Shown: positions 52,201-62,067 of the stretch, in pieces
How positions within the stretch are numbered: the first letter of the stretch is position 1
How the letters are laid out: every line of letters starts with the position of its first letter
Source: Rhynchobatus australiae
Lineage: Eukaryota
NCBI GenBank assembly: GCA_034780895.1
Contig: JAUZTB010000033.1
Coordinates: forward strand, 8,213,513-8,277,512
Reading direction: 5' to 3'
Length of the DNA: 64,000 nucleotides
Position numbers and translations under genes: made by a program
The notes under the pieces: generated by a model
The model's database searches: none
Told to the model about the DNA's origin: nothing
Seen by the model: only the letters and a program-made list of their open reading frames with translations

Positions 52201-55200
52201 TTAAAAAGGAGGGAAGTTGTTGCATTATCCAACAATGCTCAATAACCACCTCCATGTTCCTCCTGCAGACTAGGCATGATGTCTTCTGCCATATTGTATT
52301 GAAACTTCTGAAAATAGGCATTGAAGATAGTCCAAGGATAATTCACATTTACATCTCTTGTGTTCTGGAGGCGTAACATCAAAAAACTTTAACATTTGGG
52401 GATCTGTATTTTTTTTTCCAGTTTCACTAGGTCTGATTTGGCATGTAATATTTGCTACCTGTGTGCATTTCGAGTGGAGGTGAGGAGAGTTGCACTGGAC
52501 TGGGGTTCTTTAGCCCTTAAGTTTAACTTGGATGTGCTTTGTCATATAGTTTGACAACATTCCCCAGTGGTGGATGCAATTTAATTAAAGCCAATATATA
52601 ATACTAACTTCCTCTGTGTTTCATTCCTGGAACTAGTTTCTTCAGTAATGCACGTAGAAGAAAGGAGTACATGGAGTCTCGTATGTCACACTTTAGAAGA
52701 ATGGAAACATCTGGCTGAATCTTTTAGAGAGAGTCAGTGTGCAAAAGAAAAGAAGCTGNNNNNNNNNNNNNNNNNNNNNNNNNNNNNNNNNNNNNNNNNN
52801 NNNNNNNNNNNNNNNNNNNNNNNNNNNNNNNNNNNNNNNNNNNNNNNNNNNNNNNNNNNNNNNNNNNNNNNNNNNNNNNNNNNNNNNNNNNNNNNNNNNN
52901 NNNNNNNNNNNNNNNNNNNNNNNNNNNNNNNNNNNNNNNNNNNNNNNNNNNNNNNNNNNNNNNNNNNNNNNNNNNNNNNNNNNNNNNNNNNNNNNNAGTG
53001 CAAGACGTACCTTTTTATGTGGAGGATTGTTATGATCCACTACTTACTGCATTTTGGCTGGTAGAAACAATCACTTGGGACTTTCATGAGGGAATTGGAT
53101 GGGAAAAGTACGAAATATGACTGAATAGCTCTACCAGTAGCCAACATAGAATCAGTGTGCTGAATGGCAGTGTCCCATAAGAATTTGAAATAAAAGCACC
53201 TGCAGTTTTTTTTCCCTTTTTTAGAATTTTTTTTGTTGCTTGATGCATAATGGCAAATTGCTAAGAATGCAGGGGACCTGTTTCATCTCCAAACAGATTG
53301 ATCTAATTGCTAGGTTTTCAGAAATTAGTTAATATAGTCAGCTTCCAAGATCAGGGTTTTATTTTCCCTTTTTGAAAGGATTGGACTTGTAACTGATGAG
53401 GGGAAAAAAGGTTTTATTTTTCTCTACTTTTCAATTACCCATTGTGCTGGTCCCAGGAAGCCAAGTTCAAAGTGGAATTAGAAATTGGAAAGATAATTGA
53501 GCTACAGCATGAAAATGTAATACATTCCCTTTTTTTTAATCCAAACCTCTTTAAATTGTGGATTTCATGGTACTTGTATCTGAATAACACAAATTAGCAA
53601 GGAGTTTCTCCAATACAGACTGACATGCAACACTGAAACATCACTTTACCGTCTGTGCCAGAGGCTAATTCCAATATGACTAGGTCGCATTGCAAGTCCT
53701 TGTTTAAAGTGTGGGTAGATGAAGGTGCCCAACATGAAATCCATGGAATCATAACACTGTCAACCTGCAAAGCTGTCAATAATACTCCATTTCCCCTTCA
53801 CTGAGAGAGTGACTGCTTATTTCAGTGTCAAAAAATAATTATGAGACTGACTTAAATTTTCTTCTGTCTGCAGGAGAAACAATTGCAGAAGAAGTTTGCA
53901 GAAATTCTTCCTCGTAGGGCTTCAGATCGTCTCCTTGTGAAACGTACTCAGCAGGAGGAGTTGGNNNNNNNNNNNNNNNNNNNNNNNNNNNNNNNNNNNN
54001 NNNNNNNNNNNNNNNNNNNNNNNNNNNNNNNNNNNNNNNNNNNNNNNNNNNNNNNNNNNNNNNNGAAACGTACTCAGCAGGAGGAGTTGGTAAGTGATCA
54101 GTCCCACCATCTCTTTCCAAGTTCATGGTAGTGATAATGGGCGAGTAGTCTTCATTTTAACTTTAGAGTAACACTGTACAGATGAGGTGAAGAGTTGGAT
54201 GGGAGCAACAACTGCCTCCTATGTGAGGATAGCCTAGAAAGATCAGATCACTTCCTCCTCAACTCCATGCCTATGTCCCATCAATTACTGCATCCTCCCT
54301 CCATTGTATTTGGCCTTTCCAGAAGTTCAGTATGTGCCACCCTATGAATTAACAATTGATGTGCAAATACCAAGCATGATGTACTGGCACTGATGTCAAA
54401 ATTAAGTTCCCAGAGTGTTCCAAATGTTGAAGATTGTCAACACCTAGTAGGCAAATAAATGTGCAAGTATTGTGGCTCCCAACAAATGTAGGTAATGTGA
54501 ACAACGTTAAAAATGTAATATCCAGCCTAGTTTCATGACTAATAAGTTTTATAATAAATCTGTCCTGCATTATGCATGTTTTAACCCAAGACCTTGTGAT
54601 ATTTTCAGGTTTCATCCCTGTTGAAAGAAAGGCAGGCTGTATATGGTAGACTGGGAGATAACAGAATGAAAGATGGGTACTACTATGCAGCCCAGCGGTT
54701 ATTTACACCACAGGAAATTAAACAAATTGAGGAAGAAGGAAGAATTCTTGCACGTGAAGGTAAGCCTGTGTACTTCAATGTCTTCGATACAGCAATTTGT
54801 TTGGCAGAGCAGTATTTGAAATAATTTTCTTCAGCAATTTTGTTATGCACCCTGGCTTAATATTTCTGAACTGCAGAAAATACTAAATAAAAATTACTTA
54901 AACAATGGCTTAATCTCTATACCATCAAATAGGATTATTAAACAATGATAGCAGTAATAGCAATCCGCTGAATTTTCAGACTCTCGGGCAAGAAAAAACA
55001 CAGAATAAAAAATGAACCTTCTTTGGCCTGTCCTAAATTTTCTTGGAATCAGCCACTGCACTTTCAGTTAGAAGGCACTTCATTTCTGGCTTTAGTAGCT
55101 CTTGGATTCCATCTGATTGTATATCAAGAGGGTCTAAAACTGATGGTTCAAAATCTGAAAGAATAAAAGAAATATATTTCCAAACTACAGAGCTACCAGA

Positions 55201-58200
55201 AGTTTATTCACAAATGCTGATTGTATTTGCCTCAAGTGGTGGGGTAATTTAATTGTACTCAGGTATGAGCACACAGTTAGCTTTGGAATATTGTGCATAA
55301 AATGTGCAGAGATGTCATCTGTACAATGGTCAATGATAATCTCTCTCTCAGCAGATGTTTTGTGAACACGTTGCCAGTCTGTCCAGTAAATGCAATCACC
55401 CAAAAGAGTAAAACCAAAGATGTGTGGTAACTTATCCTCCACAAGGACTTGTCTACCAGTGCTGTCACAGTTCATTACCTCTAAATCTTATCAGTTTTAG
55501 CATCACCCCAATACATTTTTCTTTCTTCATAACTAACATGGGTTTTAAAGTTCCTTCGTGCAGCACAACCTAAATGATATTCTGACATGGGCTGATGTGT
55601 TAAATAACATTTATGTTATACACATGCAGCCAGTGACAATCTTCTACAAAGGAGTCCAACCTCTTGCCCTTGATATTGTTTATTTGTTTGTGTTTGGGCT
55701 TGGGCTAGATGTTGTACAGAAACCTTTTAACTGATTTGTTTTGCTTGCATTGTAACTTGCTGTCAAGGTGGATTTGTTTTACTGAACACTTAAGAGTTCG
55801 GAAGCATTATGTCTATATTACTGAACTGGTAATCAAAGGAATAAAAAAAAATCTAGAGATATGTTCAAATCTCATTGCAGTAGCCAGAGCATTCGGATTT
55901 GGTTAATTAATTTCATCTGGAAGTGGGGAGGAAACTGATTATTCATGTTGATACTGAAACTTAGCATTCTCTTAAATGTGCTTCAGTGAAGGTTAATTTG
56001 GTGTTTTCTTGATCACCTGGGAAATCACTCAAATGGTACCATAATCTTCAAGGGCAGTTAGGTTGAGTAATAGATGGTGGCCTTTTCCATCCAAGGACAA
56101 ATGGTAAAATAATTAATTGGAAAAACTGTAAATCACTGGGACTAATGCAGCAAGTGTACATCCTTGAAGTTCCTTTGGATTTCAAGCATTTCTGACCCTG
56201 TAATTCCACCCATTACCAATACTGCCTGCTTCCATCTTCATACCATTATACATGTCTGCTTTTGTCAGCTCATCTCCTGAGGCCCTTAATCATACATTTC
56301 TTTTTAGACTCAACTATTCTAATGCTTTCTTGTTTGCCTCCCGTATTTGATCCTCCATAATCTTAAATACTGTCCAGAATTCTGCTGCCTCCATGTTAAC
56401 TCCTACCTAGTCCTGTCTGTCCATTATTCCTAGGTTCACCCTGTTTGGCTTCTGGTCCACCGGCACAACTGTCTGAAAATTCATTCGTGGACTTTACACC
56501 TTAAAATCTCTAACCACATACCACTGCCTACCCAATTTTAATTACTCTCCCATCGGTGCTTAAGCCCTGAGCCTTGCAGTTGTACAGGACACATTTTTAT
56601 AACCATACACAATACTGTAGCATGGATCACTGGACATCAATCAAAAACTAGAGGACACAGGTTTAAGGTGAGAGGGGAAAAACTTAAAACAGACTGAGAG
56701 ATGACAACTTCACACAGAGGATTGTGCATATATGGAATGAGCTGCCAGAGGAAGTGGTTGAGGCAGGTAAAATAACATAATTTAAAAGACATTTGGATAG
56801 GTACATGGATAGGGAAGGTTATGGGCCAAACACAGGCAAATGGGACTAGCTTAGATGGGTATCTTGGTCAGCATGGAGAAGTTGGGACGGTGGGTCTGTT
56901 TCTGTGCTATGTTACTGACTGACTACTTCTCTCCACCTTCACGGAGCTCACTTAAAAAAAAAAAATTAATTCTTGTCAATCTTCAGTCGTGTAAAGCTTC
57001 ATTGTGTGACTCAGTTTGTTACGGAGCACCTTGGCACAGAACATCATAAATGCAGGATGTTGTTTGAGGGAAATTTTGTCATGAGGGTGACTTCATTTAT
57101 CTCCTCCCCAAAATAGAACGAGCAAGGCGCCGACAAATGCGAGAAGAGAAATCGATGCTGATGTCCAATGTCAAAAGTGCCCTGAAGAGAAAGCAAAATG
57201 CAACACCGCACTCTCCAGTCAAATCGGAAGAACCTGAGAAGAAAAGGCCTGAAGTGTAAGCAGTCTTCAGCTCTGCCCTCTTGCCATTCTGACATTCTAA
57301 ATCTTCGTACACTTCCCACTTTGTTTACGAAGTAGGGTAGAGGGAGTTCAAGCTCCAATTGTGGACTAGGCAAGCAAACTATAGTAAAACAGATAACCTG
57401 TAATCCGATCATATGGAAATCACGATGCTTTGACATCTGGCTCANNNNNNNNNNNNNNNNNNNNNNNNNNNNNNNNNNNNNNNNNNNNNNNNNNNNNNNN
57501 NNNNNNNNNNNNNNNNNNNNNNNNNNNNNNNNNNNNNNNNNNNNNNNNNNNNNNNNNNNNNNNNNNNNNNNNNNNNNNNNNNNNNNNNNNNNNNNNNNNN
57601 NNNNNNNNNNNNNNNNNNNNNNNNNNNNNNNNNNNNNNNNNNNNNNNNNNNNNNNNNNNNNNNNNNNNNNNNNNNNNNNNNNNNNNNNNNNNNNNNNNNN
57701 NNNNNNNNNNNNNNNNNNNNNNNNNNNNNNNNNNNNNNNNNNNNNNNNNNNNNNNNNNNNNNNNNNNNNNNNNNNNNNNNNNNNNNNNNNNNNNNNNNNN
57801 NNNNNNNNNNNNNNNNNNNNNNNNNNNNNNNNNNNNNNNNNNNNNNNNNNNNNNNNNNNNNNNNNNNNNNNNNNNNNNNNNNNNNNNNNNNNNNNNNNNN
57901 NNNNNNNNNNNNNNNNNNNNNNNNNNNNNNNNNNNNNNNNNNNNNNNNNNNNNNNNNNNNNNNNNNNNNNNNNNNNNNNNNNNNNNNNNNNNNNNNNNNN
58001 NNNNNNNNNNNNNNNNNNNNNNNNNNNNNNNNNNNNNNNNNNNNNNNNNNNNNNNNNNNNNNNNNNNNNNNNNNNNNNNNNNNNNNNNNNNNNNNNNNNN
58101 NNNNNNNNNNNNNNNNNNNNNNNNNNNNNNNNNNNNNNNNNNNNNNNNNNNNNNNNNNNNNNNNNNNNNNNNNNNNNNNNNNNNNNNNNNNNNNNNNNNN

Positions 58201-61200
58201 NNNNNNNNNNNNNNNNNNNNNNNNNNNNNNNNNNNNNNNNNNNNNNNNNNNNNNNNNNNNNNNNNNNNNNNNNNNNNNNNNNNNNNNNNNNNNNNNNNNN
58301 NNNNNNNNNNNNNNNNNNNNNNNNAATAGTTTGGGAAATCTGATAGTACAGCACCACCAAGTGTGCCTGAATTTGAGTTTTACTGTTCACTCCCTAGCTC
58401 TTGTGTGTAAATAGCCACCTGAATACTAGACATTGACAGACTGTAAATATGTATGGGTTTAACATCTTCAAATGAAAACAGTTGGTGGCCAGAATCCAAA
58501 GTTTTCATGGTCTTCTAGTTGCAAGCCACCTGCCTTCTCTCATTTGAGAAATTCAGCAAAAGGTAGGAGAAATGCTGTATATCTGTTAGTGAATAATAGT
58601 GTTTTGATTTTCTCTTTTAGCAGTTTGACAATTGCAGTCTTTTTGCCCCCCTCCAGGCATTATACAGATGATGAACAGTATGTTTCTATGTATAAAGGTT
58701 GGTGATATTTCTAATTATTTTATCTATAATAATTGATGACAATGCTTCAAGAGCAATTTGCTGAAATTCTATGACAATGGTCAGCTGCTTTTAGTATATC
58801 TGAACATTTAATATCTTTGCACTGTGGAAGTTAACTTTGTTGTCTTGAGCCTTGCCTTCTGACTGGGCGTTTGCATCATAGTTTTGAATAGCTTTTATAT
58901 TTGGGCCTTTTTTCAGAAGTGAGCTTGTAGAAAAATCAATAGTGCTACACTGGATGCAAGAGATTTGTTGGAGGTGTCATTAAAGTCTAGCAAGGAATTC
59001 ATTTAAATAAATTTTATCCTCTCAGAGGATTATTTCGGATCTCTGGGGATAAAAGCCAACTTTGGTGATTAGACCACAGCAAAAAGATTGGGTCACCAAT
59101 ACAAGACAATACCAATTTACCCAGAGTAGTTTGTGGAACAGCATTGACATATCTAAGGGCTAGGTTGATAGGCACCTAAAGGGGTGAAGAAGAGAAGGAT
59201 ATTCTGACAGGGTTGGATTAAGTAGGGTAGCTGGTGGCTTGTGNNNNNNNNNNNNNNNNNTACAGAGAAAACTTCAGAGCCAAACACATCCATCAGAAGT
59301 TTGGAAAAGAATTCAATAGGATTACCAGTTTCAGTGTCTTCACAAAGGCCAATAATTCTCAAATTGTTTTTCTGTCTGCGGCTTTCTAAATCAATAATCT
59401 TCTGTCTTTGCTGTTGCAGTATTTGGGTGGTCGCAGTTAAATCTTTTTCCAGTAAGCTCAGTCTACGATCTCTCTCTTTGCCAGCTTCATCCAGTTCAGC
59501 AGTTAGTTGCTGTTAATTTACATTTTCCTATATAAATGTTGTTTGTCTGTCTTCAATCTCCTTTAACAGTGCTTCCAAAGTGGAAAATCTCTGATCGAGT
59601 TTTTTTTTAATCCAGTTTAGAAATAGGTAATGGAAACCCTCAACTTACTATCAGCTGCAGCTTTAGCTCTGGTGTTCACTTCTGACAATTAAAAATCAAA
59701 ATCAATCTTATATAAAAGTATTATAAATGTCTTATTAAGAGGTGGTGTACAAGAGATTAAATGGCGAGTAGAGCGGTGCCAAGATGCGACCTACTCCAAG
59801 TGCCACCGAGAGAGCCCAAAAAAAATCAATTCTGTTTGAAGAAGTTTGACCATTCCAGTACATTCAAATTCCATCCATAGTAACTGGGATATTCAAATTC
59901 AGGTAGTAATAAAGACTAATAATAATGACTGAGGAAGTAAAAGCTTTTTGTAAAAACCCAGCTGGACTCTGTAAAAGTGAAGTCTGCTAACCCCAATCCC
60001 CAACCCCCACCTTGCCTGCTGTAACCGTTAGGTGACTCCAGTCCCACCAATGTTGGTTAAGTTTTAACTGTCCTCCTGAAGTAACCCAGAGATGGAGTGT
60101 TTCCATATTCTGCAAATGTTTTTTTAAATAAGGCTTTTCAGCATTTCTCAATGTATTGATTTTATTATGTATCACAGCATTGCCTAACCAATGCAGATAA
60201 TGGGAATAGAGTGGTAAATCATAGTCAAACAACATAGAAACAGGTCCTTAGCCCATTGTGTCTACTGACCATCAAGTGCCAACCTACATTAATCCCATGT
60301 TCCAGCACTCGACTTGAAGAATTTATGCCATAGTGTTTCACGTGCTCATCTAAGTAATAGTGAGTGCACCTGTTTCGCCAGCCTTTGAAGTTTGTTCCAG
60401 ATTTCAATCACCCTCTTGATGAGAAAATTCTTCTTTTAAATCCCCCTCTGTATCTCCTATCCCTTAAAACTATGGTTATAGACACCCCTGCTAAGGGGAA
60501 AAGTCTCTCACCTGAGCAATGCCTCTCATAACTTTTGTATACTTCAATGGGGTCAGCCTTACCTGCTCCAAAAAAAACAAACACAGACTGCCCACTCTGC
60601 TCAGTCAGATGCGCTATCCCCTTTAAAATCATGTTGGTTATCCCTGATCTGTCCCTGTCAGTGTGGTTTATTAGGAAGATATCTCTTAACAAATTGCAGT
60701 GCAAATTACTCCTGTCCCTCAGACCTTTTTGTTCAGTATTTTCCCTATTATTTATGGTATGCTGACCTGTAATTATCTGACCTCTTCCTCCTGTGTCCTC
60801 GCATGTACTTGTACCACAATAGTTGATTAACTTTTACCTTTTACCTTCTAAATGTATTATCCTTTTCATACCTCTAGCAAAGTTGTCATCTTGCTCTAAT
60901 TGTCCTATGCCAGTAACACGTATTCATTCTGCTGTTGATAGGAACCGATGGATCTGTCAACTATTGAGAAAAAGCTAAGCGAGAAAAAGTACAACAGCAA
61001 ATGGGCCTTTGTATCTGACTTTAGGCTCATGTTTGAGAACTGTGAGCAATACAATGGNNNNNNNNNNNNNNNNNNNNNNNNNNNNNNNNNNNNNNNNNNN
61101 NNNNNNNNNNNNNNNNNNNNNNNNNNNNNNNNNNNNNNNNNNNNNNNNNNNNNNNNNNNNNNNNNNNNNNNNNNNNNNNNNNNNNNNNNNNNNNNNNNNN

Positions 61201-62067
61201 NNNNNNNNNNNNNNNNNNNNNNNNNNNNNNNNNNNNNNNNNNNNNNNNNNNNNNNNNNNNNNNNNNNNNNNNNNNNNNNNNNNNNNNNNNNNNNNNNNCT
61301 TCACCCTGCCATTCCTTCTCTGCCTCACTGGGACAAATTTATCCCTAACATCCTGCAAAAGATCCCTGAACATCATCCACATCTCCATAGTACATTTCTC
61401 TTCAAAAAGGACATCCCAATTTGTACTCCCAAGTTTTCTCTCCTTATAGCCTCATAGTTCGCCCTTCCCCAGTTAAATATCTTCCTGTCCTCTCTGCATC
61501 TGTCCCTGTCCATGATAATTCTAAAGGTTATGGAGCAGTGGTCACTGTCCCCCAAATGCTCACCCATCTTCTGGATTATTATGAAGGGCTTCTATTGTCG
61601 GCTAAACTATTCTGCATTTTTGATAGTCTTCTAAAAATTATATTCTTTTGTTCAAGAGAATGTTATTTCAGTTGTACTTTGCAAATATTTCTAAATTCTT
61701 CAACTTTTTGAATTTCATTCCTGACTTATCTGTAGAATATACCCTGATGGCCCGAGCTGTAGAGAAGTGCTTCAACAAAGCAATGATCAAGTACTTTCCA
61801 AAGGATGAAGTGGACAGTGATGATGAGTTCTCAGCTAAGATGATGTGTGGAAAGAAAGACAAGCACAAGAGCAAACCAAGCCATTTAGCTAAGGATGAAA
61901 CCAAGACTCTAATCGAAACAACTGATGATGGGCTTGGAGCACCAAAGGTTAATGGTTTCATGAACAGTAGTCCAGCCAGTGACATTCCACAAGTAACTGC
62001 TGAACCCAAGGAGGAGGGAAATTCTCAACAACCAATGCTTGCCCCAGTCCAAAAGCAAACCACAGAG
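15903..62067 (+). CDS. CECR2: CECR2-like chromatin remodeling regulator (DDT/WHIM-type N-terminus + bromodomain), multi-exon, 3' end beyond window
   Basis: 11 visible exons are collinear with recalled human CECR2: [71 protein letters not shown], and bromodomain [11 protein letters not shown]...FENCEQYNG...EYTLMA. Confidence 0.9.
16319..16760. repeat. Degenerate minisatellite (~90-110 bp unit) in CECR2-like intron 1
   Basis: aagggYgtttattgccYgcYttccc recurs near 16319, 16432, 16524 and 16633. Confidence 0.75.
17515..18282 (-). mobile_element. DeuSINE (SacSINE1/AmnSINE1-like) interrupted by a Penelope-like insertion
   Basis: Tail aacaagacttgcatgtgtaaagggcatttcac...aatctgcgcaaacag; head cttgaacccacaaccttctgact...ccactgagtcac (reverse tRNA-like head). 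Confidence 0.6.
17713..18163 (-). mobile_element. Penelope-like terminal repeat with hammerhead core; 10-bp TSD
   Basis: Minus strand cctgatgaagagtcacaacccgaaatgtt; TSD ACA(C/T)TGTAAG at 17703-17712 and 18164-18173. Confidence 0.7.
19945..19981 (+). ncRNA. Minimal type-I hammerhead ribozyme motif (decayed)
   Basis: agtc-CTGATGA-a-tGGTC tt GACCt-GAAAC-att-aact; core boxes and stem II intact, cleavage region altered by CpG-type changes. Confidence 0.55.
19948..20076 (+). mobile_element. 129-bp Penelope-like terminal-repeat insertion with perfect 15-bp TSD
   Basis: TGTAATACTCAAAGT at 19933-19947 and 20077-20091. Confidence 0.85.
20410..20503. repeat. Perfect 47-bp tandem duplication
   Basis: acacatcgagtatgactagatttttgaattaatcgcaagcaatgtaa x2. 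Confidence 0.9.
23190..23710 (-). mobile_element. CR1-type LINE 3' fragment
   Basis: caggccattcagccc tail ... ccaggcagcatcctgatgaacctcttctgcaccctctcc...gaccagaactgcgcacaatactc. Confidence 0.7.
24813..25057. mobile_element. Tigger/pogo-like MITE
   Basis: Imperfect TIRs CAGTAAAACTCTGTTAATC (24813) and GATTATCAGAGTTTTGTAG (25039-25057), followed by TA. Confidence 0.5.
32380..33350. mobile_element. Nested CR1-type LINE fragments
   Basis: A + strand ctggagtattgtgtacaattttggtctcc...agaagaatgagaggaaacctcattgaa copy is interrupted by a minus-strand CR1 3' end (32580-32985). Confidence 0.6.
33895..34710 (+). mobile_element. CR1-type LINE RT C-terminus and 3'UTR
   Basis: [40 protein letters not shown]; [12 protein letters not shown]; typical tail. 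Confidence 0.8.
35695..35776 (+). CDS. CECR2: CECR2-like exon 2 (5' end hidden in N gap)
   Basis: [28 protein letters not shown]|gttagt aligns to CECR2 LHRDDVEFISDLIACLLQGCYQRRDI; phase 2 fits the next exon. Confidence 0.85.
37013..37632 (+). mobile_element. 5'-truncated Penelope-like element: GIY-YIG endonuclease C-terminus plus terminal repeat with hammerhead core
   Basis: [38 protein letters not shown]...[14 protein letters not shown], then EHLIFHLG, then CTGATGAagagtccttgacctGAAAtgttgact at 37523-37555. Confidence 0.85.
40900..41210 (-). mobile_element. HE1-like V-SINE with CR1-derived tail
   Basis: acagaaacagaccctttggcccatc tail; caccagagcacctgggggcaacccacacggtcacagagagaatgtgcaaactcc core; ggatcgaacctgggtctctggcgctgtaagg head. 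Confidence 0.75.
41300..42750 (+). mobile_element. Decayed CR1-type LINE with nested minus-strand fragment
   Basis: catgggtttgataaaggcaaatcatg (HGF.KG.SC), ttcaaaggttatttgataaagtg (F.KAFDKV) and tggattaagaaatttgg-like motifs. Confidence 0.55.
45120..46150 (-). mobile_element. Decayed LINE RT + 3' end (same family as 12930-13560)
   Basis: ttgagcattgtgcaaacatcagcaatag (FAD-type motif on minus strand) and gtgtcaagcttcttgagagttgttggagttgcactcattcaggc. Confidence 0.6.
46382..46565 (+). CDS. CECR2: CECR2-like exon 3
   Basis: ttatcag|C ATA GAG AAT TTC CAC ATG...CTC AAG|gtgagg; 184 nt; [26 protein letters not shown]...[21 protein letters not shown]. Confidence 0.95.
47115..47960 (-). mobile_element. 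CR1-type LINE 3' fragment
   Basis: Minus ORFs [34 protein letters not shown] and [11 protein letters not shown]. Confidence 0.8.
49183..49222. repeat. (TA)n microsatellite
   Basis: About 20 uninterrupted AT dinucleotides. Confidence 0.95.
49467..49624 (+). CDS. CECR2: CECR2-like exon 4
   Basis: tttcag|GGT CTT GAA GCA GAT AGC...; [54 protein letters not shown]|gtaatt. Confidence 0.92.
50175..50770. mobile_element. Penelope-like terminal repeat with inverted 5' segment
   Basis: cagcaaacaatcagctggaagaactcag at ~50176 is the reverse complement of ctgagttccttcagcagattgtttgttgct at ~50711; decayed CTGATGC..AATACGTTGAC core at 50622. Confidence 0.7.
52637..52758 (+). CDS. CECR2: CECR2-like exon (3' end in gap)
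   Basis: Branch-like actaac and pyrimidine tract, aactag|TT TCT TCA GTA ATG...; [31 protein letters not shown] versus CECR2 GTWWLLCQTEEEWRQVTESFRE; alternative in-frame acceptor at 52646. Confidence 0.85.
53874..53963 (+). CDS. CECR2: CECR2-like exon (donor seen in duplicated copy at 54090)
   Basis: ctgcag|[30 protein letters not shown]; the 3' part is repeated after a 100-N gap and ends TTG|gtaagt. Confidence 0.8.
54609..54759 (+). CDS. CECR2: CECR2-like exon (divergent linker)
   Basis: ttttcag|[51 protein letters not shown]|gtaagc; phase 0 to 1 bridges the flanking exons exactly. Confidence 0.8.
55317..55536 (-). pseudogene. LRP6: Decayed intronless LRP6 (LRP5/6) mRNA fragment, second YWTD propeller
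   Basis: [16 protein letters not shown]/(2-nt insertion)/[38 protein letters not shown](RSIER deleted)[13 protein letters not shown] versus recalled LRP6 [66 protein letters not shown]. Confidence 0.85.
56630..56915 (+). mobile_element. CR1-type LINE 3' end
   Basis: actagaggacacaggtttaaggtgagagggg...gctgccagaggaagtggttgaggcagg...gggccaaacacaggcaaatgggactagc; highly similar to 34440-34710. Confidence 0.75.
57117..57255 (+). CDS. CECR2: CECR2-like exon
   Basis: aaatag|AA CGA GCA AGG CGC CGA...; (E)[14 protein letters not shown]...[17 protein letters not shown]|gtaagc versus CECR2 DRAKRRKLREERAWLL. Confidence 0.85.
58657..58697 (+). CDS. CECR2: CECR2-like 41-nt exon (start of bromodomain helix Z)
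   Basis: ctccag|G CAT TAT ACA GAT GAT GAA CAG TAT GTT TCT ATG TAT AAA G|gttggt; [13 protein letters not shown] versus CECR2 FELDDDFTAMYK. Confidence 0.8.
59261..59815 (-). mobile_element. L1/Tx1-type LINE 5' end with decayed ORF1
   Basis: Minus strand coiled-coil...[42 protein letters not shown] (L1 ORF1 [14 protein letters not shown] motif); stops upstream; runs into the N gap. Confidence 0.8.
60942..61057 (+). CDS. CECR2: CECR2-like bromodomain exon (3' end in gap)
   Basis: gatag|[39 protein letters not shown]; canonical PMDL motif and acetyl-lysine-anchoring YN. Confidence 0.92.
61299..61570 (-). mobile_element. CR1 APE-endonuclease/linker fragment
   Basis: [21 protein letters not shown]...[13 protein letters not shown]; [20 protein letters not shown]. 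Confidence 0.8.
61736..62067 (+). CDS. CECR2: CECR2-like exon (bromodomain helix C + low-complexity tail)
   Basis: tgtag|AA TAT ACC CTG ATG...; (E)[31 protein letters not shown]...KQTTE|gtgaag versus CECR2 [32 protein letters not shown]. Confidence 0.88.

Noticed and set aside
52421-52479. Possible exon ttttccag|...GAG|gtgagg as the missing CECR2 exon
   Set aside because: Exit phase is incompatible with the next exon and it has no similarity to CECR2.
51485-58390. Long ORFs containing X runs
   Set aside because: Artefacts of N gaps.
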